Assembly (NCBI GenBank): GCA_902563095.1
Contig: CACEWA010000004.1
Coordinates: 114-64,113, forward strand
Source: an uncultured Candidatus Poseidoniales archaeon
Lineage (GTDB): Archaea > Thermoplasmatota > Poseidoniia > Poseidoniales > Poseidoniaceae
Reading direction: 5' to 3'
DNA length: 64,000 nt
Made by a program: the position numbers and the translations under genes. A model generated the notes under the pieces. The model was not told the DNA's origin, did not search any database, and was given only the letters and a program-made list of their open reading frames with translations. Below, piece after piece: positions 9,368 to 19,372 of the stretch. Each line of letters opens with the position of its first letter. The stretch's first letter is position 1.

Positions 9368-10783
9368 TCACTTGAGTTTCATCTTTCCTAGGCAACTTCT
9401 CAAGCAAGATTCTAATTCGGCGTGAGTGAATTCATAACCGGACTCTAGAAGTCGATTTGGTCTTACATCTTGGCCCTCGAGAACTAATTTCTTACCCATT
9501 TGACCGAATAAGATTTTGATTACAAATCCAGGTAATGGTGCGAATGCAGGTCTTCTGAGAACCTTGCCCAGGGTTTTCGCAAATTGCTTTTGTGAAACTG
9601 TATTTGGTGCGGTTAGGTTGTATGCACCTGTGCTATCTTCCTTCATCATCAAGTGGTGAATTGCGTAGATCTCGTCATCTAAAGAAATCCAAGATTGCAT
9701 TTGCTTTCCTCCACCGACCGGGCCGCCCGCCCCCATTTTGGCAGGGAGCAATAATTTAGCAAGAGCGCCGCCAAAAGGAGACATCACAATTCCGGTTCTC
9801 AAGTGAATGACATTGATACCTGCTTCCTTTGCTGCATTCGATGAATTCTCCCAGTCTTTGCACAAGTCTGCCAGCATGTCATTTCCAGCACTCGAATTTT
9901 CATCAAGGACCTCAGTTCCTCTGTTTCCATAGAACCCTATCGCTGATGAGCAGAGAAGTTTCTTTGGAGGAGTTTCAAGTCCTGCTATAATTTTAGCAAG
10001 GTTTTGAGTAGGAATTATTCTACTGTCTCTAATCAATTTCAGACGCTTCTTGGACCAGCGCTTGTCACCGATTCCTGCACCTGCGAGATGAATAATACTG
10101 TCAAAGCTATTCATATCGCCTTCAAGAATCTCTCCGGACAAATCATTCCACCGAACCACCTTAGACGAATCTACATCGGTTGGTAACTTTGTAGTTGGAC
10201 GTAATAATCGGTGAACATCATGACCTGCTGCTTCTAGAAAAGCACACAATTGCAATCCAATCATTCCAGTAGAACCTGAAACTAGTATTCTCTGCCTAGG
10301 TAGTTCTGCAGTCGCTTGTATCTGTTTCAAATCATTGGCAACCCTAACACTACGGAATTCGAACATCTGCTTCATCCTAGGAAGGACAGTTAATCCTGCA
10401 GACCATCCTGTGAATATGTGCAATGGAAGTTTGTATTCGACATTGTCTATAACTGAGGTAATTCCATTAGAATCTGATTCAAACTCATGGTGGTGATTCC
10501 AGGCTCCAAATGGACCCTTGATCATTCGGTCTGCAAAGGACTCTCCAGGTACAACACTGTGGTGCCTTGCAATCCATTTTTGTCGAAGCGGCCCCATTTT
10601 TACTTTGAATATGGTTTCATCGCCATCGACTAGTCTGCCTGCATTGATTGGTTGAATGCCTTCCCATTCAGGCATAATTCGCCTAAATGCTCCATCACTG
10701 TTGTACCAATCCCAAATCTGCTTTTTGCTAGCTTCAAATTTAGCTTCATGTACAAAGAGTGGCACTCTAATCCCTCCTTTCAT
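9368..10783 (-). CDS. SRPBCC (polyketide cyclase/START-like) domain fused to TIGR01777/YfcH-type NAD-dependent epimerase-like SDR
   Basis: N-terminal ~150 aa are SRPBCC-like (FVHEAKFEASKKQIWDWYNSDGAFRRIMPEW). A Rossmann motif ILVSGSTGMIGLQL follows, and the C-terminal DUF1731-like end is RLLESGYEFTHAELE. I chose the start at MKGGIRV (10783). The longer track ORF (to 10861) would run about 95 nt into the photolyase gene. Confidence 0.7.
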   Translation of the reverse strand: MKGGIRVPLFVHEAKFEASKKQIWDWYNSDGAFRRIMPEWEGIQPINAGRLVDGDETIFKVKMGPLRQKWIARHHSVVPGESFADRMIKGPFGAWNHHHEFESDSNGITSVIDNVEYKLPLHIFTGWSAGLTVLPRMKQMFEFRSVRVANDLKQIQATAELPRQRILVSGSTGMIGLQLCAFLEAAGHDVHRLLRPTTKLPTDVDSSKVVRWNDLSGEILEGDMNSFDSIIHLAGAGIGDKRWSKKRLKLIRDSRIIPTQNLAKIIAGLETPPKKLLCSSAIGFYGNRGTEVLDENSSAGNDMLADLCKDWENSSNAAKEAGINVIHLRTGIVMSPFGGALAKLLLPAKMGAGGPVGGGKQMQSWISLDDEIYAIHHLMMKEDSTGAYNLTAPNTVSQKQFAKTLGKVLRRPAFAPLPGFVIKILFGQMGKKLVLEGQDVRPNRLLESGYEFTHAELESCLRSCLGKMKLK

Positions 10784-12326
10784 ACGAAATGGGGCTAGAG
10801 TTGGCAGCCGCATTTGAGAACAAAGTTTGTTGTTTTGATGGAGAAACTGAGTATGTTTCAATATATTTCTTAGTACTGAATTTACGTTTCGTAGATGCGG
10901 TTGTCATGCATCTAATCTTACCGTAAACTGGTCGCTCAGTCCAACCTCTGTCGAATTTACCTAGAACCCAGCCTATTCCTGTGTATGTATTGGGGTCTCT
11001 ACCGTCCAAAGCCCATTTATCGTTCAATGCAACCATGTATTCCATTGCAATTTCAGGAGTCGGAGTCCACTCGAGTATCTTCTTACCCCACAGCATACGG
11101 AGATAATTGTGAATCATTCCTTCTGAGCGAAGTTGCCTTTGAGCCGCATTCCACAACTCGTCGTGAGTTTGAGCATTCTCGAATTCATCAAATGAATAAA
11201 TGTAAGGACGCGGGTCGTTTTCATGTTCTTTCAGTGTCTTTTGTGCCCACTCTGGAATAGATGCAAATTCGTGATGATTTTGAACTCTCACACAGTGGAT
11301 GAAACCTAAATCTCTCCAGACAATTATCTGGTCTAAGAAAGACTCCACATCATTAGGTAAGCCCCACCATCCTGACCTCCTTCCATTATCAGGAGGAACA
11401 ATATCGGAAATATCCCAATCAAATTTTGAGAAAATTTCGGATAGAATTTGATGAGGGCTAATGTGACCAAAGTGAAGATAAGGAGATAGGCCACTTGAAC
11501 CATTGAGTTCAGGTTGATTTCGATTCTCGGAGTAGTCGCTGAGCCTTTCTTCCAAGAACTCATTCCATCGCAATGATGCAGCCATAGAACCACCCTTAGT
11601 TTGCTGTACTGGAGGCACAGAATGGTCGATTGCTAAAATGGAAAGGGCATTAAGACCAATATCTTCGATTTCACAAATTCTCCAAATGAATTCATACGGG
11701 GTAATCGGTGTATCGCTTTCTGAAAAAATACTCTCAACTTTTGTTTGACTGAATCTAGGTAGTCCGGCTGCGCCTGCAATCGGATCAGCTACGGGAAATT
11801 CTGACATGTGCTGAATAATTGTCTTGTGTAAATGTCTGCGCAATGAATATGCAGTGGTAAAATCGCGGTCTTGTCGCATTGCAATGAATCCATTTGAATC
11901 TACACAATGAACTTCACACTTACCAATCGATACCGCGATTTCTGAGATTCTGCGAGGCATGTAAACAGGGAAATCATCAATCACCATCACATCTGCAAAC
12001 TCCATCCATTTCTCGAGCAAACCCCTAGCCTCGTTAGGCTTGGTTTCCACATATGGGATGTAGGTAATAGGAGAATCCTCCAACGACCTTTTGTTATCCA
12101 TCATACCTTGAATCACAAAAGTGTGAGACCTGTCATTAGCCCACTCATGTGCTATGGCAAGTGCTTCTACCACTACCAATGGAAGATTGCGTTCATTAGC
12201 CAAATTAATAGCGTGCTGAAGACCATGATTCCATTTGGTTCTCCTGGCTGATATCATCCAGTACAGAACGCATTCACCAGAGCCTTGCCCTTGGTTGAAT
12301 ACTCTCAAACGGTTTTCTGGAATCAT
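10767..12326 (-). CDS. phr: class II CPD photolyase (deoxyribodipyrimidine photolyase)
   Basis: N-terminus NRLRVFNQGQGSGECVLYWM and C-terminal block HNYLRMLWGKKILEW...LNDKWALDGRDPNTYTGIGW...GKIRCMT...KRKF. This matches the class II photolyase pattern I recall from Methanosarcina-type enzymes. Confidence 0.8.
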   Translation of the reverse strand: MIPENRLRVFNQGQGSGECVLYWMISARRTKWNHGLQHAINLANERNLPLVVVEALAIAHEWANDRSHTFVIQGMMDNKRSLEDSPITYIPYVETKPNEARGLLEKWMEFADVMVIDDFPVYMPRRISEIAVSIGKCEVHCVDSNGFIAMRQDRDFTTAYSLRRHLHKTIIQHMSEFPVADPIAGAAGLPRFSQTKVESIFSESDTPITPYEFIWRICEIEDIGLNALSILAIDHSVPPVQQTKGGSMAASLRWNEFLEERLSDYSENRNQPELNGSSGLSPYLHFGHISPHQILSEIFSKFDWDISDIVPPDNGRRSGWWGLPNDVESFLDQIIVWRDLGFIHCVRVQNHHEFASIPEWAQKTLKEHENDPRPYIYSFDEFENAQTHDELWNAAQRQLRSEGMIHNYLRMLWGKKILEWTPTPEIAMEYMVALNDKWALDGRDPNTYTGIGWVLGKFDRGWTERPVYGKIRCMTTASTKRKFSTKKYIETYSVSPSKQQTLFSNAAANSSPISYERRD

Positions 12327-12333
12327 TTAATCA

Positions 12334-12825
12334 CTAACCTACATTCTTTGATTGTCTATTTACGCTGTATACGTGATATGTATCTGATTTTGTAATTGGT
12401 CTTGAGGACTTTAGAGACATTCGCTTTCCACTCAGTCCATCCAATGCAAGATTGTGCATAGTTTGGGAAACCCAATCTAAATTTTTCAATTCCTCCAGAT
12501 CAACCCATTTGATTTCATCAATTTCATCACTGGATAATCTAGTTTGATTTGACTCGATGCTAACATCGTAGCACAAGAAAACTGCTGGCTTACTTTTGTA
12601 GAGTGTAGACCTTACGGCTGAAAGTCCTATGATTGTCCCATTGACGCCAGTTTCTTCAGAAAGTTCGCGCAAAACTGCCGATTCGGGTGATTCTCCTTCA
12701 TCGACACTTCCCTTCGGAAGACCCCAAAGGTTCTGGTAGTTTCCTCGTGCCTCTTTCACAAGCAATATCTTGCCCTTGTGAATGGCTCTAGCTGCTACAC
12801 CTAAATCGCAAACTACGCCAGACAT
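12334..12825 (-). CDS. NUDIX hydrolase
   Basis: Nudix box GLPKGSVDEGESPESAVLRELSEETG. The gene ends 7 nt upstream of the photolyase start. Confidence 0.85.
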   Translation of the reverse strand: MSGVVCDLGVAARAIHKGKILLVKEARGNYQNLWGLPKGSVDEGESPESAVLRELSEETGVNGTIIGLSAVRSTLYKSKPAVFLCYDVSIESNQTRLSSDEIDEIKWVDLEELKNLDWVSQTMHNLALDGLSGKRMSLKSSRPITKSDTYHVYSVNRQSKNVG

Positions 12826-12919
12826 GTTGTTATTGAATGATACATGGTATATATACCACCGTTTTCGACCGTTAGGCTTCAGAACAGGTTATTATAAACC
12901 GGAGTTGTGAAAACATATC

Positions 12920-13522
12920 ATGCTCAGCAAGAAGCGAGAGACTAGCATTGTAGAAGCCGATGCGATATTGCCTACCAAGTACGGAACGTTTAGAATTAGA
13001 GCGTTTCATGACCATAAAAACAACAAGGAACATGCCTTGCTGTACCTCGAAAACCCGGAAATAACTCCGCTGGTTAGAGTTCATTCTGAATGTCTAACCG
13101 GAGATGCATTCGGAAGTCTAAGGTGCGATTGTGGTCCTCAACTAGAAACCTCGATGAAAGAAATTCAAGCACACGGAAGTGGTGCTATAGTTTACCTAAA
13201 GCAAGAAGGCAGAGGAATCGGCCTATACGCAAAAATGCAAGCATATGCATTACAAGATCAAGGACTCGATACCTTGGATGCAAACTTACAACTTGGTTTG
13301 CCTGCTGATGCTAGAACATATGAGATTGCAGCTGAGATGCTGAAATCTATTGGATATGATGAACTATATCTGCTCACCAACAACCCTGAAAAAAGATTGC
13401 AATTAACTGAAAATGGAATCGATATCAAGAACAGGGTCCCAATTATTGTAGTACCTAGCGAACACAACCTTTCATATCTCAGAACTAAGGCCTCAAGAAT
13501 GGGTCACATCCTAGAAGTCTGA
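12920..13522 (+). CDS. ribA: GTP cyclohydrolase II
   Basis: VRVHSECLTGDAFGSLRCDCGPQL zinc/catalytic motif and YLKQEGRGIGL. At 200 aa it is monofunctional RibA. Confidence 0.9.
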   Translation: MLSKKRETSIVEADAILPTKYGTFRIRAFHDHKNNKEHALLYLENPEITPLVRVHSECLTGDAFGSLRCDCGPQLETSMKEIQAHGSGAIVYLKQEGRGIGLYAKMQAYALQDQGLDTLDANLQLGLPADARTYEIAAEMLKSIGYDELYLLTNNPEKRLQLTENGIDIKNRVPIIVVPSEHNLSYLRTKASRMGHILEV

Positions 13523-13999
13523 GTGGTTAACATGGGAAACAGTATAATCGGCCAGACTGCTCCAGACTTTGTCTTACAAGCAGATGACGGAAGCATGTTT
13601 GATAGTACAACTTTACACGGCCAATGGAGAGTTTTTTTCTTCTATTCACGCAACAACTCTCCGACCTGCAAAAGAGGGTGCCTAACTTTCAAAGAGCAAT
13701 ATGAATTGTTCAAATCGTCAGGTTGTACAATCGTAGGGATTGGCCCTGGAGCTTATGAGAAACTGAAGGATTTCAAATCTACGATTGGTGAACTTCCTTT
13801 CCCACTGCTTGCAGATGTTGACCGTACTGTAGGAGAATCCTACAATATACCGTTACACTTGGGACAGTTCCCCACAAAATCATCATTCGTGATAGGACCT
13901 GACAACAAAGTGCACTATGTTTACGACTGGTTGTTTAGACCTAGAAGGCATGTTGCAAAAATTCTGGCGGATATCTCAAAGGTTTCTGGGGGATATTAG
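13523..13999 (+). CDS. peroxiredoxin-like thioredoxin-fold protein (Bcp/AhpC-TSA family)
   Basis: APDFVLQADDGS...FFFYSRNNSPTCKRGC...FPLLADVDRTV pattern. The start is either GTG 13523, abutting the ribA stop, or ATG 13532. Confidence 0.7.
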   Translation: MVNMGNSIIGQTAPDFVLQADDGSMFDSTTLHGQWRVFFFYSRNNSPTCKRGCLTFKEQYELFKSSGCTIVGIGPGAYEKLKDFKSTIGELPFPLLADVDRTVGESYNIPLHLGQFPTKSSFVIGPDNKVHYVYDWLFRPRRHVAKILADISKVSGGY

Positions 14000-15400
14000 A
14001 TGTGGGAAGAACTCCTTATCGACTCCGGGTTAAACGAACGTGAAGTACGCTCGATTCTAGTCCTAGGTTCTAATCCAAAGATGAAAGCATCAGAACTGGC
14101 CAAGGAACTTAACACCACAAGATTAGATGCCTACAACAGTTTATCTCGTCTTCAGGAAATGGGAATTGTAACCGTAACAGCAGATAGGCCAATGCGCTTC
14201 TCCAGCATGAATGTTCATCAGGCGATTGAACATATTATTGGCATGAGGAAGCAGCAATTAAATCGTTTAGTTGAAGGATATGATGAGATCTCCAAAGATG
14301 TCACAAACGAGGTTAAATCATCACAGGCTACTACTCGAAATACAGACGATCCTCGTTTCGCTGTCTTGAAAGAAAGAGGAAACATCTACAGCCGACTCAA
14401 GAAGATGGCAGAGGAATCGGAAGAAAGGCTGATTCTGTTGCTTGGACAATATGGAATATTACACCTATGTCGTAATCCTGAAGCCCTAGAAGCAGTCAAC
14501 AACGCTGCGGTGAGTGGTGTAGTTTGTCAAATTATTACTCACTTAGATAAAAGAACGATTCGATTCTTTAATGACTTACATGAATCGATTGAAGTAAGGC
14601 ATTCTGATGAACTTGAATCTTTAGGATTTGTCAAAGATGGCGTAGAGGTTATTCAGTATCTTAACATCGAAGACAATCCTGTTGGGAGAGGTAAAGACGA
14701 TGCTGCATTGATTATCGAATCGCCTGCATTTGCTGAATCTCATGTTAATCTAATCGACACAATTTGGGAAAATGCGGTTCTATTCGATACTGCAGTTGCA
14801 AGATATACGGACAACCAAATTAATGACCCGTTGCGCTTAACAATCGGTGAAGGTTCATTCTTGAAGAATATCTCTTCAGTTTTAGGAATCGGAGAACAAT
14901 TGCCAGATGAAGACACTCCATTCGACCCTGAAGCTTTCTTCGCCGCTGGAAATGAAGTCAACCAAGCTAGGAAAAAACTGACAGAAGGCAAATTATCCAA
15001 TCTCAAAGTTTTGGGAATCGATATTGCATTGATGCTTCGACAAATTGGAAATCGAATTGGAAGAGAGATTGCATTCTCACTTCGAGGCTTTGAACATGAC
15101 ATTGAATTCCTGGATGAGATGATGGATTGGTGGGAATACGCAGGATTGGGCAGATTAGAGTATGATGTAGATCCTCATTTCCATGTAAGAGTTGGATTGC
15201 ACCACCCTCCAGTAGATGACCCAGATGCCCTACCTATGTGGGAAATGGATGATGGAATTATTGAGGGCGCACTTTCTAGTAGGTTCTCCAAGGATTCTCA
15301 AATTGCAATCCAGAGAATCGAAGGTTCTGGAGACCCTGAGGATTTGTGGCACTACATAATCCACAAGCATGCTGGCAGTTCAATGGAATTAACCGAATAG
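14000..15400 (+). CDS. TrmB-family HTH transcriptional regulator with long C-terminal (ligand-binding?) region
   Basis: N-terminal winged HTH LNEREVRSILVLGSNPKMKASELAKELNTTRLDAYNSLSRLQEMGIV. The ATG abuts the stop of the peroxiredoxin gene (TAG ATG). I did not recognise the C-terminal ~350 aa. Confidence 0.7.
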   Translation: MWEELLIDSGLNEREVRSILVLGSNPKMKASELAKELNTTRLDAYNSLSRLQEMGIVTVTADRPMRFSSMNVHQAIEHIIGMRKQQLNRLVEGYDEISKDVTNEVKSSQATTRNTDDPRFAVLKERGNIYSRLKKMAEESEERLILLLGQYGILHLCRNPEALEAVNNAAVSGVVCQIITHLDKRTIRFFNDLHESIEVRHSDELESLGFVKDGVEVIQYLNIEDNPVGRGKDDAALIIESPAFAESHVNLIDTIWENAVLFDTAVARYTDNQINDPLRLTIGEGSFLKNISSVLGIGEQLPDEDTPFDPEAFFAAGNEVNQARKKLTEGKLSNLKVLGIDIALMLRQIGNRIGREIAFSLRGFEHDIEFLDEMMDWWEYAGLGRLEYDVDPHFHVRVGLHHPPVDDPDALPMWEMDDGIIEGALSSRFSKDSQIAIQRIEGSGDPEDLWHYIIHKHAGSSMELTE

Positions 15401-15443
15401 AGTGTATACGGTAATTAATATACTGAACCACTAAACCCAATCT

Positions 15444-16739
15444 ATGCGCCTTGGGACCTTGTTACGTTTCACAAGAGAACTTAGGGGCAAAAAGCCCGTT
15501 GATATCGATAAAATACAATCAATGGGACTACTAGCTGTCAAGTTGGGTCAAATTTGCGCATTGCGGCCTGATTTGCTAGAGCCTGATAGATGTATACAAT
15601 TACAGAAACTATACAGCAGAGCTCCTACGATTCCTTCTGAAAACTTCGACAAGTTGCTCGACATGTATACGGAAGAAAACTTCCGTTCTAATTTCAAGCA
15701 TATCGACCCTAATCCATTTGCTGCAGCCAGCATAGGACAGATACATCGTGCCGAATTAAACGATGGTTCTCCAGTCGTCATCAAACTCATCAAAGGTGAT
15801 TTCAAGAAATCATTCAAAAAGGATGTTCGACGCATGAAACGATGGATGAAAATGGGGTTGCTGTTTAACCCCAAATTAAAGAAAGTCGGGAATCCGATTG
15901 GCCTACTTAATCACATTGAAGATTACACTCTTCGCGAATTAAATCTACTCAACGAAATTTCAGGTAAAGAGAGACTGGAAAAACTGGCCGAACAATATAG
16001 CGAAACATTTCCTATGCCAAAATTGCGATTTCCAAAAATTTGGAAAGACCTCTCAAACGAAAATGTATTGGTAATGGAAGAGATTACAGAACCTACATTG
16101 GAATCTCACCTCAATGCAGGTTCAATGGAATGGGACGATCTATTGCAACTATTCAGAATCCATGGCGCCTACATGTTTGGAATGGGAGTTTTTCACGGAG
16201 ATTTGCATCCTGGAAATGCCATGATGGGGAGCGACAAAAATTTCATCTTCATAGATACAGGTGCCATATGTGAAGCACCGGACCATGTAAGAAAAGCACT
16301 GTTTGGATTTTTCTACTTCCTAGCCAAAGGTGAGTTGCAAAATGCATTCGATGCCATGCTAACTATGGCGGAAGTAGAACCTACGGGCAAAGTTCTAGAA
16401 ACATATTACCAATCAATGTATGAACTCTATGACGGATTCGTTGGGACTTCTGTGAGCGAAGTTTCGCTTACACAGCAAATGATGAAGACTGTCAAAGCTG
16501 CGGTTTTAGCGGGTTGTTCATTCGGAGATGAAGCATTTCCAATTATACGTTCATTGATGTACATGGATGGCATGGTTTTGAAAGGCCACCCTGAGGTAGA
16601 TCTGATTTCATCTATGGGTCCATATCTTGACGAATTTTCTACCTTAATCGACACATCAACTCTACTTGACAGAGAGCCTGATAGTGGGTGGAAAACGGTG
16701 GAGAAAAACCGTCCTTTAATAACTAAAACAACGGCGTGA
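15444..16739 (+). CDS. ABC1/UbiB (AarF) atypical protein kinase family
   Basis: AAASIGQIHRA motif, the VVIKLIKGD lysine region and HGDLHPGN catalytic loop. Confidence 0.85.
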   Translation: MRLGTLLRFTRELRGKKPVDIDKIQSMGLLAVKLGQICALRPDLLEPDRCIQLQKLYSRAPTIPSENFDKLLDMYTEENFRSNFKHIDPNPFAAASIGQIHRAELNDGSPVVIKLIKGDFKKSFKKDVRRMKRWMKMGLLFNPKLKKVGNPIGLLNHIEDYTLRELNLLNEISGKERLEKLAEQYSETFPMPKLRFPKIWKDLSNENVLVMEEITEPTLESHLNAGSMEWDDLLQLFRIHGAYMFGMGVFHGDLHPGNAMMGSDKNFIFIDTGAICEAPDHVRKALFGFFYFLAKGELQNAFDAMLTMAEVEPTGKVLETYYQSMYELYDGFVGTSVSEVSLTQQMMKTVKAAVLAGCSFGDEAFPIIRSLMYMDGMVLKGHPEVDLISSMGPYLDEFSTLIDTSTLLDREPDSGWKTVEKNRPLITKTTA

Positions 16740-18358
16740 AAATTATGTCTAGCGTAAAACAACCATCAGTAGCGATTATTGGAGCAGGACCAGGAGGACT
16801 CGCATCTGCATTACTGCTAGCCAAATCAGGAGTGAAAGTAACCGTTTTCGAAAGGTCTGAACGTGTTGGAGGACGAAACAAAGTTTTCGAAAGAGATGGA
16901 TTCAAATTTGACCTAGGCCCAACCTTCTTCCATTACCCAGAAGTAATCGAAGATATTTTTCAGGCGATTGGTCTTGATGCTCATCAAGAACTCAAACTCA
17001 AGAAACTAGACATCAATTACAGATTGATTTTCGGACAAGGAGGAATGCTGGATTGCACCAGCGATGTTGACCAAATGTGTGAGCGTATCGCTGAGTTATC
17101 TGGCGAAAAGAATGCGCAAGGATTCAGGAAGTACCTTGAAGATAATCGATTGAAACTTGACAAATCAAAACAATGTTTGCAAGAGCCTTGGTTTGGAGCA
17201 TCTGACCTTATTTCGAAAAGAGCAATGCGGGTTGCAACAGTTCTACGCCCTCAGCGTTCAGTAGCTAAAGATTTAATGAAAATCTTTGATGATGACCGCT
17301 TGATGCTGGCTATGTCTTTCCAAACCAAGTACCTTGGAATGTCCCCTTTCAATTGTCCAAGTCTATTCACTATGCTTGCATTCCTTGAGTATGAATACGG
17401 AATTTTCCATCCGATGGGTGGCCTTGGTAGTGTATCTGAAAGAATGGGTCAAATAGCCAAAGACCTCGGTGTAGAATTCCGTATGGGTGAGGCTGTAACC
17501 GAAGTAATCATGGACAAGAAAACTATCAAAGGTGTCGTTACCGAAAATGGTGAATTCTATGCGGACAAAGTTGTAATGAATGCTGATTTCGCCCAAGGTA
17601 TGACTTCTCTTTTCCCTGACAAGATTAGAAAGAAATGGTCCAATAAGAAGATTGACAAAAAGAAATATTCTTGCTCTACATTCATGCTTTATCTCGGTGT
17701 TAAAGGAACCTATGACGAACTTCCCCATCACCAAATCTACGCTTCGAAAGATTATGTTTCAAACCTTGAGGATATCGAAAATCATCACCGCTTAACATGG
17801 GACGATCCATCAGTGTATGTTCAAAACGCATGTGTAACCGACCCGCAGATGGCCCCAGAAGGGCACTCTACTGTCTACGCTCTTGTACCTGTTTCGCATA
17901 TTCATGAAAACATCAATTGGGATGATGAAAAAGACCCATTCCGCAATCGAATCGTTGAGCAAATCGAAACCAAATTAGGATTCAAAAACCTTAGCGAAAA
18001 CATCGTCTCTGAATTGGTGATTACTCCTGAAGATTGGGGTGAACATTGCTATCGTGGAGCAGTATTCAACTTGGCCCATGGATTAGACCAAATGCTATGG
18101 CGTAGACCGAAAAATGAATTTGATGAGATAAATAATTTGTACCTTGTAGGTGGAGGGACTCATCCAGGAAGTGGTCTTCCTGTAATTTACGAGTCCGCAC
18201 GGATAAGTTCAAAATTAATTCTTGACAGCCTTGGAATAAGGCCCGATTGGAATGGTGTCGATACTTGGTTTGCAAGTCGAAAGCGAAGAAGTAAATCTAA
18301 CGGCAAAAATATTGTTACTAATGCCGAAATTCCTACAAGTAATCCAACTCAAACATGA
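16736..18358 (+). CDS. crtI: phytoene desaturase family FAD-dependent oxidoreductase
   Basis: VAIIGAGPGGLASALLLAKSGVKVTVFERSERVGGR dinucleotide fold and C-terminal LYLVGGGTHPGSGLP. GTG 16736 overlaps the kinase stop (GTGA). An alternative ATG lies at 16745. Confidence 0.85.
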   Translation: MKIMSSVKQPSVAIIGAGPGGLASALLLAKSGVKVTVFERSERVGGRNKVFERDGFKFDLGPTFFHYPEVIEDIFQAIGLDAHQELKLKKLDINYRLIFGQGGMLDCTSDVDQMCERIAELSGEKNAQGFRKYLEDNRLKLDKSKQCLQEPWFGASDLISKRAMRVATVLRPQRSVAKDLMKIFDDDRLMLAMSFQTKYLGMSPFNCPSLFTMLAFLEYEYGIFHPMGGLGSVSERMGQIAKDLGVEFRMGEAVTEVIMDKKTIKGVVTENGEFYADKVVMNADFAQGMTSLFPDKIRKKWSNKKIDKKKYSCSTFMLYLGVKGTYDELPHHQIYASKDYVSNLEDIENHHRLTWDDPSVYVQNACVTDPQMAPEGHSTVYALVPVSHIHENINWDDEKDPFRNRIVEQIETKLGFKNLSENIVSELVITPEDWGEHCYRGAVFNLAHGLDQMLWRRPKNEFDEINNLYLVGGGTHPGSGLPVIYESARISSKLILDSLGIRPDWNGVDTWFASRKRRSKSNGKNIVTNAEIPTSNPTQT

Positions 18359-18367
18359 GGTGAAAGT

Positions 18368-19363
18368 ATGCGTGATGAAATAATCGAGGATGCATATTTG
18401 GCGTGCCAACAAATTTGCCGAAATGCCTCGACCACATTTTACAGTTCCTTCTCGACTCTTGGTTACGAAAAGAGACGCGCTGTGCATGCTGTTTATGCCC
18501 TCTGCCGCTGGGTAGATGACATCGTTGACGGAGATGAAGAGCCAATAGTTGAATTCACTGAAGAACTATTGGAGCAAACCACACAACGTGATTTGTTCCT
18601 GCGTGAATTACACTCCAATAGTGAACCTTCCAACCCAGAAGAAGTACATATTCAGAGACTGATGGCACTAGTTGCAATTCGAAACAAGTTGCAGAGAGCC
18701 AGCCTAGGGCAAATTAACGAAAATGATGAACCAGTATTCATTGCTCTACAAGATGTTTTCAAGCGTTATACTATCCGATTACAAGACTTCGAAACAATAA
18801 TCGAAGGAATGGAAGATGACCTATTCCCGGTCATGTGTAATACTTGGGATGAATTGCGATCATACTGCTACAAAGTTGCTTCTGCCGTAGGGTTAATTCT
18901 AATCGAAATCTATGGTTATGAAGATAGAGCTGCAAGATTGCATGCAATCGATTTGGGCATCCAGATGCAATTGATTAATGTCCTTAGAGATGTTTCTGAA
19001 GATTACGAACGAGGTAGAATTTACTTGCCGAAGGAAGTATTGGCATCTCATAACATTTCAATACACGATTTGACTAACCCTAATCTTCCTCAAAATCCTT
19101 CATGGAACTCATTCATGCGAGAATACCTAGAGGTTATTCGTCGACACCAGTCATCAGCAATCCACCTATTCGAATATCTAGATTCACGTTCGCGCATCCA
19201 ACCAAGGATTATGTTGGATGCTTATTCCAAGATTTCCAATGAGATTGTCAGACGCTCAGGAGATGTGTTCTCTACTCCTCTAAAATTATCCAAGAGGTCG
19301 AAATTCTCCTTGTGGATGAAAATCAATTACATGAAATTACGAGCAAAATTCTCAGTCGATTAA
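18368..19363 (+). CDS. crtB: phytoene/squalene synthase
   Basis: YALCRWVDDIVDG and NVLRDVSEDYERGRIYLP aspartate-rich/signature motifs. Confidence 0.9.
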   Translation: MRDEIIEDAYLACQQICRNASTTFYSSFSTLGYEKRRAVHAVYALCRWVDDIVDGDEEPIVEFTEELLEQTTQRDLFLRELHSNSEPSNPEEVHIQRLMALVAIRNKLQRASLGQINENDEPVFIALQDVFKRYTIRLQDFETIIEGMEDDLFPVMCNTWDELRSYCYKVASAVGLILIEIYGYEDRAARLHAIDLGIQMQLINVLRDVSEDYERGRIYLPKEVLASHNISIHDLTNPNLPQNPSWNSFMREYLEVIRRHQSSAIHLFEYLDSRSRIQPRIMLDAYSKISNEIVRRSGDVFSTPLKLSKRSKFSLWMKINYMKLRAKFSVD

Positions 19364-19372
19364 GGTGAAATT

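Noticed and set aside
9283-12900. tRNA-Asn as a possible integration site for a genomic island
   Set aside because: There is no integrase, recombinase or phage-like gene nearby. I could not see a direct repeat of the tRNA 3' end downstream by eye, and the neighbouring genes are ordinary repair and photoprotection genes.
12826-12919. Possible FMN riboswitch upstream of ribA, and likewise a glycine riboswitch upstream of gcvT at 29935-29983
   Set aside because: The spacers are only 94 nt and 49 nt and lack the conserved FMN (RFN) or glycine aptamer blocks. The ribA spacer looks like a simple divergent promoter with a GGTATATATACC palindromic TATA element.
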